From: Octopus vulgaris
Taxonomy: Eukaryota
Direction of reading: 5' to 3'
Length of the DNA stretch: 64,000 nucleotides
Assembly: GCA_951406725.2 (NCBI GenBank)
Contig: OX597821.1
Coordinates: 19,530,001 to 19,594,000, forward strand
Position numbers and translations under genes: made by a program. Below, piece by piece: positions 13,450 to 30,559 of this stretch (position 1 is the first letter of the stretch; each line of letters starts with the position of its first letter). The notes under the pieces are model-generated. The model ran no database searches, was not told the origin of the DNA, and saw only the letters and a program-made list of their open reading frames with translations.

Positions 13450-14190
13450 CTAGTTTCAGTCTTTGGAATAAGGCCAAACTGAGGAACTGCTTTGAATGGG
13501 TTAGTCGATCAAATCAACACCGGTACTTAAATGGTTTAAGTGTGGTAATTATTCTATCGATTTCTATGCACAACCGCTACTGTTTATCAATGCTGATCAT
13601 CAAGTATTCGTGGAAGAACACAAAGAAACGTGCACACATACTTCCACACATGTCGGGCTTCCACACAGTTTCCGTTTATTAGATTTTGTTACTAGGTATT
13701 GACCTGCACCAAGGGTATATTGGAAATCACTTCCACAAGGCATTATGCAGTGAGATTGCACCCGAGATCACTTGATTTTAAATCGAACTAAACGACGGAG
13801 CAATGCCTCATCCTACATGATTATAGAATTTTGACTGTGATTATTTAACTATATAAACATACTACAGATGGAGGTCCAGGCGCGGTTGTGCGGTAAGAAG
13901 CTTGCTCCCTAATCACATGCTTTCGCGTTTACTCCCACAACATGGTACTTGTCACCTATTATAACCACGGGCCGATCGGGAATCTATGAGTCGATTTGGC
14001 AGACGGAAATTGAAAAGAACCAGTCGTATGTATGTGTGTGCTTGTATATATATATATATATGTTGGCGATTTTTTCCTCCATACTTTTGCGGTGCTACAG
14101 AATAAGTACCATACTTTAAAAGCAACAAAAAAAAATTCTTGAAGGAGATGCCCCAGCATGGCCGCAGCCTAACGATAATAGAAAATAAGA
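13450..14190. mobile_element. Degenerate SINE family A copies (minus about 13450-13810; plus about 13876-14190)
   Basis: Diverged matches to the family A head, the acggaaattgaaaagaacc core and the ccccagcatggccgcag tail. Confidence 0.6.
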
Positions 14191-15089
14191 GATGTGTTTT
14201 ATTAATACTTGAGACAACAAAATGCAAAATACCATCGATATGTGTCAGTGTACCAAGTGAAATGTTCTTAAAAGTGCGGTATGTAAATTAGAAAGTGTAG
14301 AGACGCAAGCAAGTATAAGGATATAATGTTGAAAGCAAGTATAAGGATAGAATGCTGAATACAAGATACGAATTTTGACACTTTATATCGTAGTAATACA
14401 AGGAATGTGAAGTTTCTGGGAAAATCTGTTACTGAGACATGTTATGGAAAGGCATTGGGCAAGGCAACGCCATCAACTGAATTTAAAATACACTGGAGTC
14501 ATTTACATATAGCATACACATTTAACGTAGTTGAAGCAGTGATTATTTAGGTGGGTTGGTTTTGGTTCCCAGAAATGAAAACGATGTTATTAGCTCTGAT
14601 CACGGTCGTGTTGCACCAGCTGCATTCTTAGAGCACGATATCACCTTAGAACGACAGCATGAAAGATTTGTCGTAGTTGTCGTTGATTTCGTTTTTGGTA
14701 GCGGAAAACTCTCAAACGATTTGCTACAAGAGACTTAGTTGTAGGCTTTCTGCTAAGGATTACTACTATTAAGTCTTCATTCTCAACCTAAGCTACAGAA
14801 CACAACTCCGGTCTGTGTTGTCATTTTACGATAATACAAAAATTTGTATGTCTAAAGTAACCCAGTGAATACACATATCAGCAATAGTTCCGTCTTCACT
14901 GACGTCTGTTGACATTGTGCCTTGCAATTTTTGTGAACCAGGAGCCAACGCTGTCCCCGAAGGGACTAACGTTCATGCTCATATCTTTTCTTCCCAAATA
15001 GTATATAATTTTGAGAGCAATATCTTCCGTACTGTCTGGTCGTGTGCTTTTGTCTCTTTCTCATTTTTAAAGATGCACCTTTCTCATTA

Positions 15090-15425
15090 TTAAAAAGAGG
15101 TAAAGTGCAGTCCATAGCAGGGATAGAATTATCAAATAGAGATTTGATTAAACAAATTTAAACAGTAGGATACAAATACATTGGTCTACTGGAGTTGAAC
15201 AAGATAATGGAAAAGCAAATGAAAGAACAACTAAGGATGGAGTGTTTCGTAAGACTGAGGTTGGTGTTGTCCTCAAAATTAACTGGATGGGATAAAAATC
15301 CAAGCAGTTAATATGTAGGCGATAGCATCACTTCAGTATGGAGCGGGAATAATACAAAAGCGAGAATTGAAGAAAAAAGATAACAAAACCAGAAAAATAT
15401 TGACAGTACAAGTAGCCTCCCACCA
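15090..15425 (+). mobile_element. Decayed Dong/R4-type LINE RT fragment
   Basis: YKYIGLLE...RLRLVLSSKL...LQYGAGII...DNKTRKILT-like translation with frameshifts. Confidence 0.65.
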
Positions 15426-16119
15426 TACTTTATCTAGGTTATTTTTCTTCCAGATTTTATATATATATATATATATGTTGTGCTTTCGTTCTTTAGGTAG
15501 AACACTGCTGTAAAATAAGCATGTAGGATTGAAATATATTCCTCACGTGTCCATTTATGCTCTTTTAATTTTATTTATTTGCGGGACATGAGGAATAACG
15601 CCCGGCCCTTTATTTTGACGGTAATCATTTTCGTAGGGTACCAGTCCGTTCATTTCTGGTGTTAAATGGTTTTGCACGTGTAGCTTTTCGTATGTTTTGT
15701 GTAACAATATTAAAGTACGTACTTCCTGATTGATATTCTTCGGTTGAATAATAAGGTATTATTTAAACTATTTTTTTTTTTATTTTGCTTTTACATTTAA
15801 CATGTGAAAGCGACAAAACACGAACGCCGGGAACGTTTAACAAGTAAGAGCGATAAAAAACTGCTCCGAAATCTATCCAAACACATCGGGAATAAAGACA
15901 TCACATGGAGCCAAAAATAACTGACAAAGTGTCGGACTATATTCGAATAAGTAACACTCATTGAAATTTATTTCTATTTTCCAAATGTCATTATGTATTT
16001 TAACTGTGTATCATCTCTATTGCTCGCACAGCACATGCAAACGCGCTAGCCACATTATGATCCGACCAACAGCAGACCATATCAGCCCCCATACACCATG
16101 CACAAACTAATTAAAACTC

Positions 16120-16735
16120 AATTATTATTATTATTATTATTATAATTATTATTATTATTATTGTTGATATTGTTGTTGTTGTTGTATGAAAACTCCCAGC
16201 TTATTTTACTGAGTATAATGGAAAGAGTCACTGTCCACAGCCAGCAAACTAAAGTGACACTTGTTTACTGCTCATACTTCAAGAAGCCTACGAAGAATTC
16301 TTGCAGTTCCAATCCTGTGTTGGTAGTTGAGTGCTGATACTTTCAAGTGCACCAGTTACTACTTTCTTCATTGAACACAACCTCCATATTTCCCACTTTA
16401 AATCGATATAGTTCTTTATTTTTCCTTCTTTCACATTGATCCTGTTGTCACCCGGGTATGTCGATTTTCATACATGCTCTTTCTTTTCTATTCAGAGAAA
16501 CAATTGTTCGTTTCCCATGTCTGGTCGGGTGATTGCACTGGATCATTGCATTCCACAGGATTTTACAATTCTCATTTTCGGTGACTCCTTCTGGGGTTTT
16601 CTCATACCACGTCTTTGCTCCTTGTAGGCCGTGATATCCGTAGAGCTCCCAATGGTGTCTTTTGTATTTGCGTTGTGCCAATTTCGGGCATTCGCTAACG
16701 AGATCCCATACCTTGACGAAACTAGTCGACAATCA
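16120..16735 (-). mobile_element. Decayed Dong/R4-type LINE 3' end (zinc knuckle/RLE region) with (AAT)n tail
   Basis: CPKLAQRKYKRHH...WYEKTPEGVTENENCKILW...CMKIDI; (TTA)n at about 16122-16162. Confidence 0.75.
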
Positions 16736-16739
16736 ACAC

Positions 16740-19316
<2,577 letters not shown>

Positions 19317-19585
19317 GTAGATGAAGAAGAAGAAGTAGAAGAAGATGAAGAACATGCACAATAATCGACATAGCGTGTCCCGTCGACAACGGTATCAAAA
19401 AGAAAGAAGGGAAACTGAACAACTACGGTGATTTAAAGTGGAAAATATGGAGGTTGGGATCATTGAGGAGAATAGACGTGATACCAATAGTAATTGGCGC
19501 ACTCAACTACAAATATGGCTCAAAAAGATTGATAACATGAAGAAGAAAATGATAATGTGTGTGTGTGCATGTATGTTTGTGTGTT

Positions 19586-19648
<63 letters not shown>

Positions 19649-20048
19649 ATGTGTGTATATTTGTTTGTGTCTGTGTGAGCGCGCGCGCCTTCGAGTGTGA
19701 GATTAAGGTCATGTATTTACATTTATGGATACAGATTAGCGAGTCCATACTACGATACATTTCCTTGGATATTAGAATCGGAAGTAAACCAACAAAGGTG
19801 ATCCATGGCGGGTAATGTGTTAAACATTACTGTAAGTTTGATGTTGAAATGCTGGAAATGCAAATGAGTTACTTCCTTAGAAATGTCACAATTCCACATT
19901 TGAACCTATAATATAATTTTCCATTTCTGAAGATCGCATATAATACAAATTAACATGTCAAGAAAAACGCAACAGTCCTTAAGTGCGAGAATAAATACGC
20001 AGAACGACATTCCCTATTCATATACACGCACAAATGCACAGTTCATGT

Positions 20049-20112
<64 letters not shown>

Positions 20113-20609
20113 ATTTGTAGGTATGGTTATCGATAGATATGTACATCTTTGCATTCATATTGTTATATAAAGGTTTATTATTCCAATTTACATACATATG
20201 TAAATATCTTACAAGAATCTACATAAATATCGAAGTTTCTCCAATTCCAGCTGTTGATGTATTATAGCATATGCACACCTAAAGCTATACTTACGCATAC
20301 ATACACACATACGCAACACACGCACACACACACACACATATTCATATATATTCATACTAACTGCTATAATTCTTCAAACACATACATAGCCACACACAAA
20401 GAGACTTCTTTCTTTCAGGATATATTATATTCTTTGCCTAATTCAATCAGTGTTATGATTTCTACTTATCGATCTCCCTAATAAAATATGGTTCACAGGT
20501 CACATACAATAGCATTTAGAAAGGACCGCTGTATGAATATTTTATATAGCAATCTAATTATCATATACATCTTATACATACCATTTACACACAGCATATG
20601 TGCGTGTAC

Positions 20610-20643
<34 letters not shown>

Positions 20644-20694
20644 TAACATTTATATATATATACATACATATACACACAAGCACATGGAAACAGA

Positions 20695-20752
<58 letters not shown>

Positions 20753-20966
20753 CGTGGGGGGTGTTTGTGTGTGTGTGTGTGTGTTGTGTGTGTGCTTGTG
20801 TGTGTGTGTGTAAGTAGCCACCTACGTAGAGGCATATATATATATATAAACATGTTGATTCATACACATAAACGCACACTTATATATTCATATACAAATA
20901 CACATAAAAATGTTTGTGTAGAAACCTGTGCACATATACGTGTGAATGTATATATCTTCATATATG

Positions 20967-21005
<39 letters not shown>

Positions 21006-21267
21006 TGTGTCTGTTAATCTGTCTACCTCGCTAGTTATATATCCATCTCGATATGTATACATACATATCTATATATATATACATGAAATTATCATATGCA
21101 AACGTGACAGGTGGGTTGCATAATTAGGTTTCCTGCTTATTCACTGGCAGGCACAATGTTACATTTGTCTAACTACTCTACGAATCTTTTTAGTCTTTGG
21201 TCCTATGGTTAATACATACACATACATACATAAACACACACGCATACACACACACACACACACAATC

Positions 21268-21302
<35 letters not shown>

Positions 21303-21324
21303 ATCCATATACATGTACATATAC

Positions 21325-21590
21325 TCACGATTCTGAGATCATGGGTTCGATTACCATTCAAGGCATTGCGTTGTGTTCTTGAGCAAAGCACTTCATTTCC
21401 CGTTGCTCTGCGATAATTTCCTCATGTGCCATGCGGCGGCACACGGTGCACTTGTACAAGTAATGTGGAGTTGATGGACAGAGTGAGCTTTGTGAACACG
21501 AACATTTGATCACTATAAGCAATTCATTTGTGTGGTTGTCCATCAAGAAATTGCCGAACACTCATACATCGTTTGACGGCGGGAGAATTC
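21325..21590 (+). mobile_element. Diverged tRNA-derived SINE
   Basis: B-box gggttcgatt followed by ttgtgttcttgagcaaagcacttcatttc; related pieces at 30370-30525 (-) and 59745-59960 (+). Confidence 0.6.
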
Positions 21591-21849
21591 ATAATTTTAT
21601 CTAATATCCATAATTTTATTTAAGAGTCATTTACATCATCTTTACAGGACCTACACGTGTTTTAACTGCAGCGACTGCACACTGTTGGAAATGCAGCATA
21701 GTGTCGTGGTTGGTGTAGTTTCATCAGGGTCCTTAACCGTTTCGAAAATTCTTACAACTATTAATAGTGGCACCCATGCCTCATACAAAACACGTTACTG
21801 ATTCAGTTTCACTTCGAAACGAGTGTAAGGTTACTGATGAAAGGCGTAG

Positions 21850-22137
21850 ATACAGATGCCTCGTGTATATCTGCCCCTCCTGGCTTCTTTACCGATGACA
21901 CGTAGCCTTTGGTAGATTGACTTGATTACGTTTAATTTAATTTAATTAGGCTGGTTTGCCATTAAAAACGTCGAAACAATGCATTGTCTAAAAATGAATA
22001 GGGTAAATGTTTTTTAAATTTTCCTTTAATTTCTGAATTACTACTACTTGACGGTTTGAGTCCTGGCTGCTCTTTCTAGTGGGTCGAATGGCCTATTGAG
22101 GCAGTTCCTCAATTGTTGTTGAATTTATATATATATA
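21850..22137 (+). mobile_element. PLE pLTR fragment (same family as 2812-3281) with variant HHR, ending in (TA)n
   Basis: Shares tgcctcgtgt, gggtaaatgttttttaaattt and ggctgctctttctagtggg..aatggcctatt with the reverse complement of 2900-3180. HHR-like ttta-CCGATGA-cacgt...acgtc-GAAAC-aatgcatt-GTC-taaa at 21888-21992. Confidence 0.7.
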
Positions 22138-22138
22138 T

Positions 22139-25100
22139 CAGTGGTAACTCAGGCACTCGGGCTGCTCGGGCTTAGCCCGAGTTTAAATTTAGTAGAGTGA
22201 ACGTGTATTTTTAAACTGATTTAATTTCTGGCAACACTGACTTCAAGTATGTAATTTCAGCCAATAACTCGAGGTCCTTGCATTGAACCTGGTCGCAGTT
22301 CATTTGTTTTTGTTCAGCGTCTGGCGGTCGTCTTAGAGCCCTGTGTCAAGAAATATCGTTCGTAACAGACATTCTCTCGACATCGTTCACACGCACCTGA
22401 CTCGGGCTCTGAATTTACAGCTCGAGTTGTTATCTATGATCGTAAAAATTATAAGTAATTCAAATTCAATGTTTTTTTGAATCGATAAATTCCAATCTAT
22501 GAAAAGTTTCCCTTCTACAATATTTCTAAAGGAACGAAAGATTATCCAGCAGCTTGGTTTGATATAAACGAGTAGAAGCGTCAAGAGTACAAACGACAGT
22601 CAGATCGGTGATGTTTGTTGTGCACTCCGCTTTCATTATTTGATTGTTTTTATGCAGCAACTCGGGCTAATACGAAGGAACCTGGTAAGTGTAAAGAACT
22701 AGGTAACATATCTTGTCAACGACACAGGTGATAGTCAGATCGGTGATACTTGTGTACTCCGCTTTCATTATTTGATTGCTGTTATTCTGTGTCTCTGTGT
22801 GCAAAGATCAGTTGTGTTTTGTATGGTTGCCTTATTTTTACTTAGAAATCGAAAGTTAACTTAGAAATGGAAAGACATAATGCTAGATATGAAAAATAAG
22901 CCATTCGGGGATAGAAATATTGCGGAAAAGTGTGAAATACTTCGACCATGTAGGCCGACTCCTTCATTGAAAACTAAAGTTAGAACTCGAACATTCTAGA
23001 TAAAATGGTATGAATAGATTTATTGGATTTGCGCAAGTAGCGTCACAGAGAAACTCTATTGCTGGCCATGTTTGTTGTTTCAACGAAAAGCTAATCTGTC
23101 GTGGACAGATGGAGGCTATGATAATTATATAAAACATCCTGTAAGCATCACTGTAAGCAACACTGTAAATCAGTCAGTCATTTAAGTAGTTATAAAAGCT
23201 TGAAAACTTTCGGACTGTATGATATTCTTATCAACTCTAGGCACAAGGCCCGAAATCTTCGGGAAGGGTGCCAGTCGATTAGATCGACTCCAGTACGCAA
23301 CTGGTAATTAATTTATTGACCCGAAAGGATGAAAGGCAAAGTTGACCTTGGCGGAATTTGAACTCAGAACGTAACGGCAGACGAAATACTTATTTCTTTA
23401 CTACCCACAAGGGGCTAAACACAAAGGGGACAAACAAGGATAGACAAACGGATTAAGTCGATTATATCGATTCCAGTGAGTAACTGGTACTTATTTAATC
23501 GACCCCGAAAGGATGAAAGGCAAAGTCGACCTAGTGGGACTTTGAACTCAGAACGTAACGGCAGACGAAATGCCACAAAGCATTTTGCCCGGCGTCGGAC
23601 TGTGCGATATTGTGACAACTATTAGTGAGTCTGCTAAACTGGAAAATGAACGGCATAACAAAGCAGCTGAAGAAAACAGACAATATATAAAGCAGGTGAC
23701 AAATGCAGTGTTATATCTGTGTAAACAAGAGTTGCCTTTACGTGGACATGATGAAAGAAGTCACAGACTTAATAGAGGAAATTACCGTGTACTACTGAAG
23801 TACTTTGCTGAAATCGACAGCGTGTTTGCTTCTCGACTTTCTATAAAGAAGGATCGAAACAGTTTTCAGGATTCTCAAGTACAATACAAAATGACCAAAT
23901 GCACGCGGTTGGAAATGCCATCTCTGATGAAATTAGAAGTAAAGTTCACAAATCTCTGTTTATGCCTGTACACTCCGATGAAACTACAAACTGTGCAATG
24001 CATGCCCAACTGTCAATCATAAAAAGATATTTATATGAAGACAAAAACAGGTGAACGATTTCTTGGATTCTATGAAGTCAGTGATGAAACAAGTGCTAGA
24101 AGACTGGCTGTTGTGATCGCAACTGCTTTGAACTCCTTCGGTGATGTTACAGATAAATTATTGAGCCAGACTTATGATGGAACAGCTGTAAGGAGAGATA
24201 AGCTAAACCGAGTACAGGGCAAATTAAAAGATAAAGGATTTAAACACGCACACTGCATAAACTTAACTTAGTCTTGAGTAAAAGTGCCGAGAAGGTGAGT
24301 GAGTGGAATAAAAATGTTTTTTTTCTTTTTCCTCATTTACGTGCATTTAGTAAATTTACATCCTACAGCACCAAGCGGAAAAAACGTGTTTAGGCAGTTT
24401 AATGTCAGTATTCCATCACTGTGCGAAAGAAGATGGTGGTAGAGATCAATGACTGTGTTATCCATAAAACTATTGGATGGCAACTTGAAAAATATCTCCA
24501 CACGTATTCTAGGCTCTCGTGAAAAGAAGGATGAAGATGCACTTTGTCAAACAGACAATCTAATGGCAAAGATTACACATTCATGTTTTTCATCAGTTAC
24601 TCTCATAACAATACTTTCTGAGGCTGGAAAAGTTTTTGATATCCTACAATGTAAGCTACTCGACATAAAGCATGGTCAGAGTGAACTAAATGATTTCATT
24701 CATTGTGTTGAAGGATATCGTAAGGACGAACATTATGAAAAGCCTTCTACACCATTCAGCTGCTGTCATTGAACAGGTAGATGAGTCCGATCTTCCTCCT
24801 AGATAAAGAGTCAGAGGTGCACAAATTAAATACAAAACTACCTATTTTGATGTAATTAATAACATTCCGTACGAGAGATATTTTCTGGCATTCAAAACCA
24901 TGCATTTTTTTTTTATTACAAGAGATTAATAAGATAGAAAAGCTTGCTAACCCGTTTCCCATGGAACATATGGACTCTCCAGAAATCAAGTATCCCTGTA
25001 TTTTTGACTGTAAGAGCTTAGTGAAAGCTAAAATACATGTATATTGAGAGTGATTTCAAAAGATGCAAGTCAATCAACTCCACCTTAGAATTACTTTATA

Positions 25101-25320
25101 AATTGGAGTTGACTTCCGCTATGCCGGAATCCATTAAACTAACTGATCTAGTGCTGACCATCCCCTTAACATCAGTTGCTCATGAGAGAAGTTTCTCAAC
25201 GTTGGCTACAATCCGCTCATATTTGAGAAGCACAATGGTCCAAGAACGACTGTCTTCACTGGCTCGTATTTCCATCGAGAAAAGGATTTTGAACGACTTG
25301 GACACAAACACCTTGGTGTT
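22139..25320 (+). mobile_element. Decayed hAT transposon (TTF-ZnF, DUF4371 and hATC dimerization; Tip100/ZMYM-like)
   Basis: Starts CAGTGG. Fragments KLYCWPCLLF, LCKQELPLRGHDE...NRGNY, DETT, ERFLGF, SQTYDG, LTIPLTSVAHERSFSTL...RSTMVQERLSSLARISIE; many stops and frameshifts. Confidence 0.9.
23227..23594 (-). mobile_element. SINE family C dimer inserted into the hAT transposase
   Basis: Two tandem gaccccgaaaggatgaaaggcaaagt units. 17-bp TSD tcggactgt(at/gc)gatatt at 23210-23226 and 23595-23611. Confidence 0.9.
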
Positions 25321-25962
25321 GAGGGGAATAAAACAACACAGACACATATTCGTCCACATACATACATATATATATATATAATTATATACACTATAATTAC
25401 TCATATATGCCAACGCACACGCAAAAATACACACGCGCAAACGCATATAAAAGCTAGTATGCATAACAAGATATTATACGAGGTCGCAATCAAACCAAGA
25501 CGAGTGGAGTTGATGCATAAACGAATTAATTTTTATATCAAAACTACATTTCTGTGGCATTCTTAGGTTAGAAGCAGCAAACTTGCTTACTGTTTAATCA
25601 TCAGTGCACATATAAATCTGCAGTGTGCATTACGTCCCTTACGAGATTATCAATCCCGGCAGAAAATTTCATTAGCTATCTGTTAACACACCAGGCTAAC
25701 AATATTGGCCTGAAAGGATGAAAGGCAAAGTCGACCTTGGAATGATGCAAGGTTATGTTTTATCACAGTTCTATACTGTAAATAAGAGGATGGGCTCAGA
25801 CGATCTGGTTTTTACACTGAGGGATATATCGAAGAAACAAGTTAAAATAATGAGCATTATATATATTTTTTCTTTATTCGAGGAAATTTGGCTAACAGCT
25901 GATTACACTAGTCATTTTCGGTACATTTACTAGTAGGTTAATTCAGTTGGTATATTGATCAA

Positions 25963-26173
25963 CGTTAGCGCGCCGGGCGAAATGCTTAGCGGTATTTCGT
26001 CTGTCGTTACGTTCTGAGTTCGAATTCCGCCGAGGTCGACTTTGCCTTTCATCCTTTCGGGGTCGATAAATAAAGTACCAGTTTCGCACTGGGGTCTATG
26101 TAATCGACTTAATACTTATGTCTGTCCTTGTTTGTCCCCCTCTGTGTTTAGCCCCTTGTGGGTAATAAAGTAA
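25963..26173 (+). mobile_element. SINE family C (Nin/Deu-domain-like)
   Basis: gagttcgaattcc B-box and gcctttcatcctttcggggtcgataaa..agtacca core; 16-bp TSD ttggtatattgatcaa at 25947-25962 and 26174-26189. Confidence 0.92.
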
Positions 26174-26475
26174 TTGGTATATTGATCAATTTAGGATTAT
26201 ATGTATTTAACATTATCTGAAAACAAATCAAGCCCAGAATGGATCCCCATTAACTTCAAACAGCACGTTGGATCATTCATCGAAGGGTATCTGTTGAAGT
26301 CTCTTTAACTGGATACGTTTCATTGAATTCGATGTTTCAGTTCACTAGACCTCATAAGTCATGAAATCTATATAGTCGAAACTTTTCGAATTAATTACCA
26401 AATTTTCTTTTGTATGTAAATGTAAATGCACGGCTGTTTTCTCTTTTTCTCTCACTCTGCCTCTCATTCTCTGCA

Positions 26476-26512
<37 letters not shown>

Positions 26513-26564
26513 GAAAAAACAAGTCAGGATAGAAAATGCTAAAAGAATTTTATAAAGAACATTT

Positions 26565-26600
26565 CAGTACCGGTTTCAGCCATTGAGACCTTTTCAACTA
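26565..26600 (-). ncRNA. Minimal hammerhead motif with U3-A8 covariant core, in a PLE fragment abutting (TA)n
   Basis: Minus strand reads tag-TTGAAAA-ggtc tcaat ggct-GAAAC-cg-GTA-ctg; stem III is the palindrome ACCGGT. Confidence 0.6.
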
Positions 26601-26954
26601 CAACAATTAAATAACTAGATTTAGAAGAATTAAAAGAAAAGTTTTTTTAAAAGAATATTTGTATATTAAAGGCGGTGCTCCAGCATGGCCGCAGTCAAAT
26701 GACCGAAACATGTAAAAGAGTAAAAGAGTATAGTGTTCAAATATAAGTGGCATTTTCCTTGTTTCTGCCTTTCTCTGTCTCTCTTGTTTACTCTTGTGAA
26801 TTCTTGGTAGGGAAGAAGAAAAAGAAGAAGAAGAAGAAGAAGAAGAAGAAGAAGAAGAAGGAGGAGGAGGAGGAGGAGAAGGAGAGAAGAAGACGAAGAA
26901 TTTGGGAGTACCTTGATTGTAGTATTTTGAATGGTCATATATATATATATTTAT

Positions 26955-27229
26955 CTTTTATCTTTCACTTGTTTCAGTCATTAGACTGCTGGATTTTAGT
27001 CGCTCGAATCGACCTAGTTATACTTTTCAGCCTGAATAATTCTACCGCTATGGTACGCACTACAAACAAATCGACATTACTAGCCAAGCAGTGATGGGAG
27101 TCAAACACGGACACATAAATAGCATCACATATACGTCCATACCTATCTGTCTATCTGTCCGTCTGTCTGTCTGTTACTCTCAGTATATGTTTGTCTGTCT
27201 GACTGTATATTTGTATGTATGTTTGTATG

Positions 27230-27263
<34 letters not shown>

Positions 27264-27440
27264 TGTATGTATGTATGCATATGAACGACGGACGGGCTTT
27301 CAGTTCCCGTCTAGGCAATCCACTGCCAAGGTTTTGGTCGGTCTGTGGCCTTAGTAGAAGACATTTGACCAAGGTGCCAAGCAGTGGGACTGAACCCAGA
27401 TCCATGTGGTCGGAAGGTGCAGCCACACCTGCGGCTGCAC
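26955..27440 (-). mobile_element. Degenerate SINE family A (an isolated family A tail also lies at 26670-26732, plus strand)
   Basis: ccaaggtgccaagcagtgggactgaaccc head and cttgtttcagtca tail. Confidence 0.7.
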
Positions 27441-28054
27441 AGCCAATGTATGTACAAGTATGTATGTGTATATGAATGTATATAATTCACATACAGTATT
27501 TCTTAAATGCTTGTTACTATTTTCATTGGAAATCAGAAACAAAGACTTAATACGGGTATTAGTAAGATAGGGAGAGAGAGAGAGTAAAGGGAGTCTTAAA
27601 AAAGAAAACAACGACTGTGGATTTCATAGTGAAAGCGAGAGACGGGGATAGGAGTGGGAGGGAGAATGAGAGAGGAAGAAAGAGAGACAAGTAGAGGGAG
27701 AAAATGTCTGTCTGTTCGAGAAAATTGTAATATAACAAAGTGCCTGGTTTCTTTACAGGATTCCTCTTACTGATATATTTATATTTCCTGTGTAGTATTC
27801 AGACGTTCATAGTTGTGTTCTGAATAAAATGGAATTTTCTTTATTATCAAAACTCTTGAATGGTTTCAATAATTTAATTTATCAATAACATGTGAATAAT
27901 GCGACTGGTTGGTTTAATTCATGGATCTGAACTAAGAAATAACATAATTCAAATGTTAAGTTCTGTCTCGACGGCTGCTTTTAATAATATAAATATAGAG
28001 AAATAGGTATGCATTGTCTAATTATTCTGTTGTCTGTCTGTCTGTCTGCCTCCG

Positions 28055-28116
<62 letters not shown>

Positions 28117-28403
28117 CTCATGATTTACTGTATTATATTCGTAATTACACACACTTTAATTTCTTTTCTCTGACATACGCGAAACACGTGAATCTTCTAA
28201 CTCGGTTCTTCGTCATTACAGACGAATAAAATATTTCGATTTTTTAGTGGTACTTAATAGGTTGTCGGGTATCTGACTGAATGAATTTAAAACTTCGTAT
28301 ATGTTTCTCTGTGTGTGTGTGTGTCTGTGTGTGTATGTGTATGTATGCGTGAGAGCGTGTGTCTGTGTGTGTCAGTGTCTGGATGAGTGTGTTAGTGTAT
28401 ATG

Positions 28404-28455
<52 letters not shown>

Positions 28456-28471
28456 CCTACCTACCTACCTA

Positions 28472-28524
<53 letters not shown>

Positions 28525-28535
28525 TTACCTATCAA

Positions 28536-28577
<42 letters not shown>

Positions 28578-29186
28578 ATGTGTGTGTGTATGTGCGTGTG
28601 TGTGTGTGTGTGTATGCATGTATATATAAAGATAGTGTTTACATCAGTGTCAGTGTGTTAGCATGCGTAAAAAAACCCATTAAGGTAAGTAATTATTAAA
28701 TAATAATGAAGGGTACTAGACATAGCAATGGGATGCTAAATTTAGCATTCCAAAACGACTTCAGACCACCAACTTTTACTAAAACACACACCTTTGTACT
28801 TTTTATGCATGCTAAGCCACTGATGTTGCAAACAATATCCTTATAATTTTCCATATTTTTTATTCACTTTGATTACCTTTTTAAATTTGCTGCGGTATTT
28901 AAAACGGTCATCGCACACATTGGTTGAGATGAGCAGGAATCTATGACCCTAGGTCAGTAAGACTCACCGAGGAAAACTAATTGATATTTGTTTGAAACTG
29001 GTGTGATAAGAGTACGTTTGGTTTTTCAATTTGCAATTTCTTACGTCATTTGTATGGGGTCTTCAGGATTCTCTTGCTCATTCACACGATTTCACCTTTG
29101 TGATTTAGTGAAAGTTTGTGGTCTTAATTCGTTTTTGACTGCTGTTTTAGCATGCTGGTTCTATCTCAAGTACTCTTGATTATAAA

Positions 29187-29222
<36 letters not shown>

Positions 29223-29335
29223 TGTGTGTATAGATATTCATATATATACCATATATATATTGCATATAAGTGTATATGTATATATATATATCCAATTGTG
29301 TGTGTATATATGTATGTGTGTATATATATGTGTGT

Positions 29336-29395
<60 letters not shown>

Positions 29396-29554
29396 ATAGA
29401 AAGTGTGTCAATAGTCGGCTGGATAAGATGTTCTCGTGGGCCTACAAGCTACAGTAGCATCCACCCTTAGTGGTTAGCCACATTTATGTGCCAAATGTAC
29501 TTCACATTGTAGTGCAGTTACTGTTTGTACCTCGTTCAGAGATTTATTATTGCT

Positions 29555-29590
<36 letters not shown>

Positions 29591-30559
29591 AGTATGCATA
29601 TATTTATATATATAAGATAATTTGAAGATCTGCATATTCACTCCTAAGTAAGTTCCGGCAGATTCGAACGTAAATTTACTATTGTAGATAAGTTCGTTGC
29701 AAGTGAATAGCTTCCCCTTTACGAGTAATACGTGTTCATAACATCACAACACACTGGATTCATGATTACCAAGCCTTCTGGGACACCCTTATTACAATAG
29801 CATCAGCCAGAATAACCTGGAAGAATCTAGCAAGAACTGTTGATCTTATCTATAATTTCGGGGAAAACATTCTTTTTGTGACCAACATTCCTTTTCTACC
29901 AACCGAGATTTAAGTTTGTATACATGCTATTATTTATAGCTTTACGGCTTCGAGCTACACCGTTCTCATAAAGAATTATTTCACGGTCTCTTGTGTATAA
30001 ATTCTTATGACGTCAAAAACATATATTTCTCACTCATGAAAATAAATTTAATAAGAAGTATAGAGGTATTCCGAAAGTCACTTCGTGCGCATCTTATATT
30101 TATATTTATATTCTTCACCTGTGGTCTTCCAGATTTTCTATCCGTACGTTTTAAAACCAGAAATGCAATGTTATTATAAGATAAGTTTATGTTTCTAGAT
30201 TAACTGTTCCCACCAAAACTTATTTCATGTCCTCTCGAAGTTTATGACAGTCATGACTTCAACAACAACAACAACAACAAACGCACACACACACGAGCGC
30301 GCGCACGCATGCACATAAATATCCAGTATCAATACGTCCTTCGATCATAAATAACCTTGGGATTGTACTTCTCCTAAGAGGTACAGGTGCCGGCCGATAC
30401 AGCTTGGCACCAGTGACATCACAACTAATTTCTTCAGCTGAGTGAACTGAAGCAACGTGAAATAAAGTGCCTTCTCCAAGAACACAACACACAGTGGGAT
30501 CGGGGAATCGAACTCATTACTTCATGATATACATACATACAAATATATATATATATATA

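Noticed and set aside
22599-22778. ~46-bp imperfect direct repeat (gtcagatcggtgat...ctccgctttcattatttgattg)
   Set aside because: An ordinary subterminal duplication within the hAT element's 5' region.
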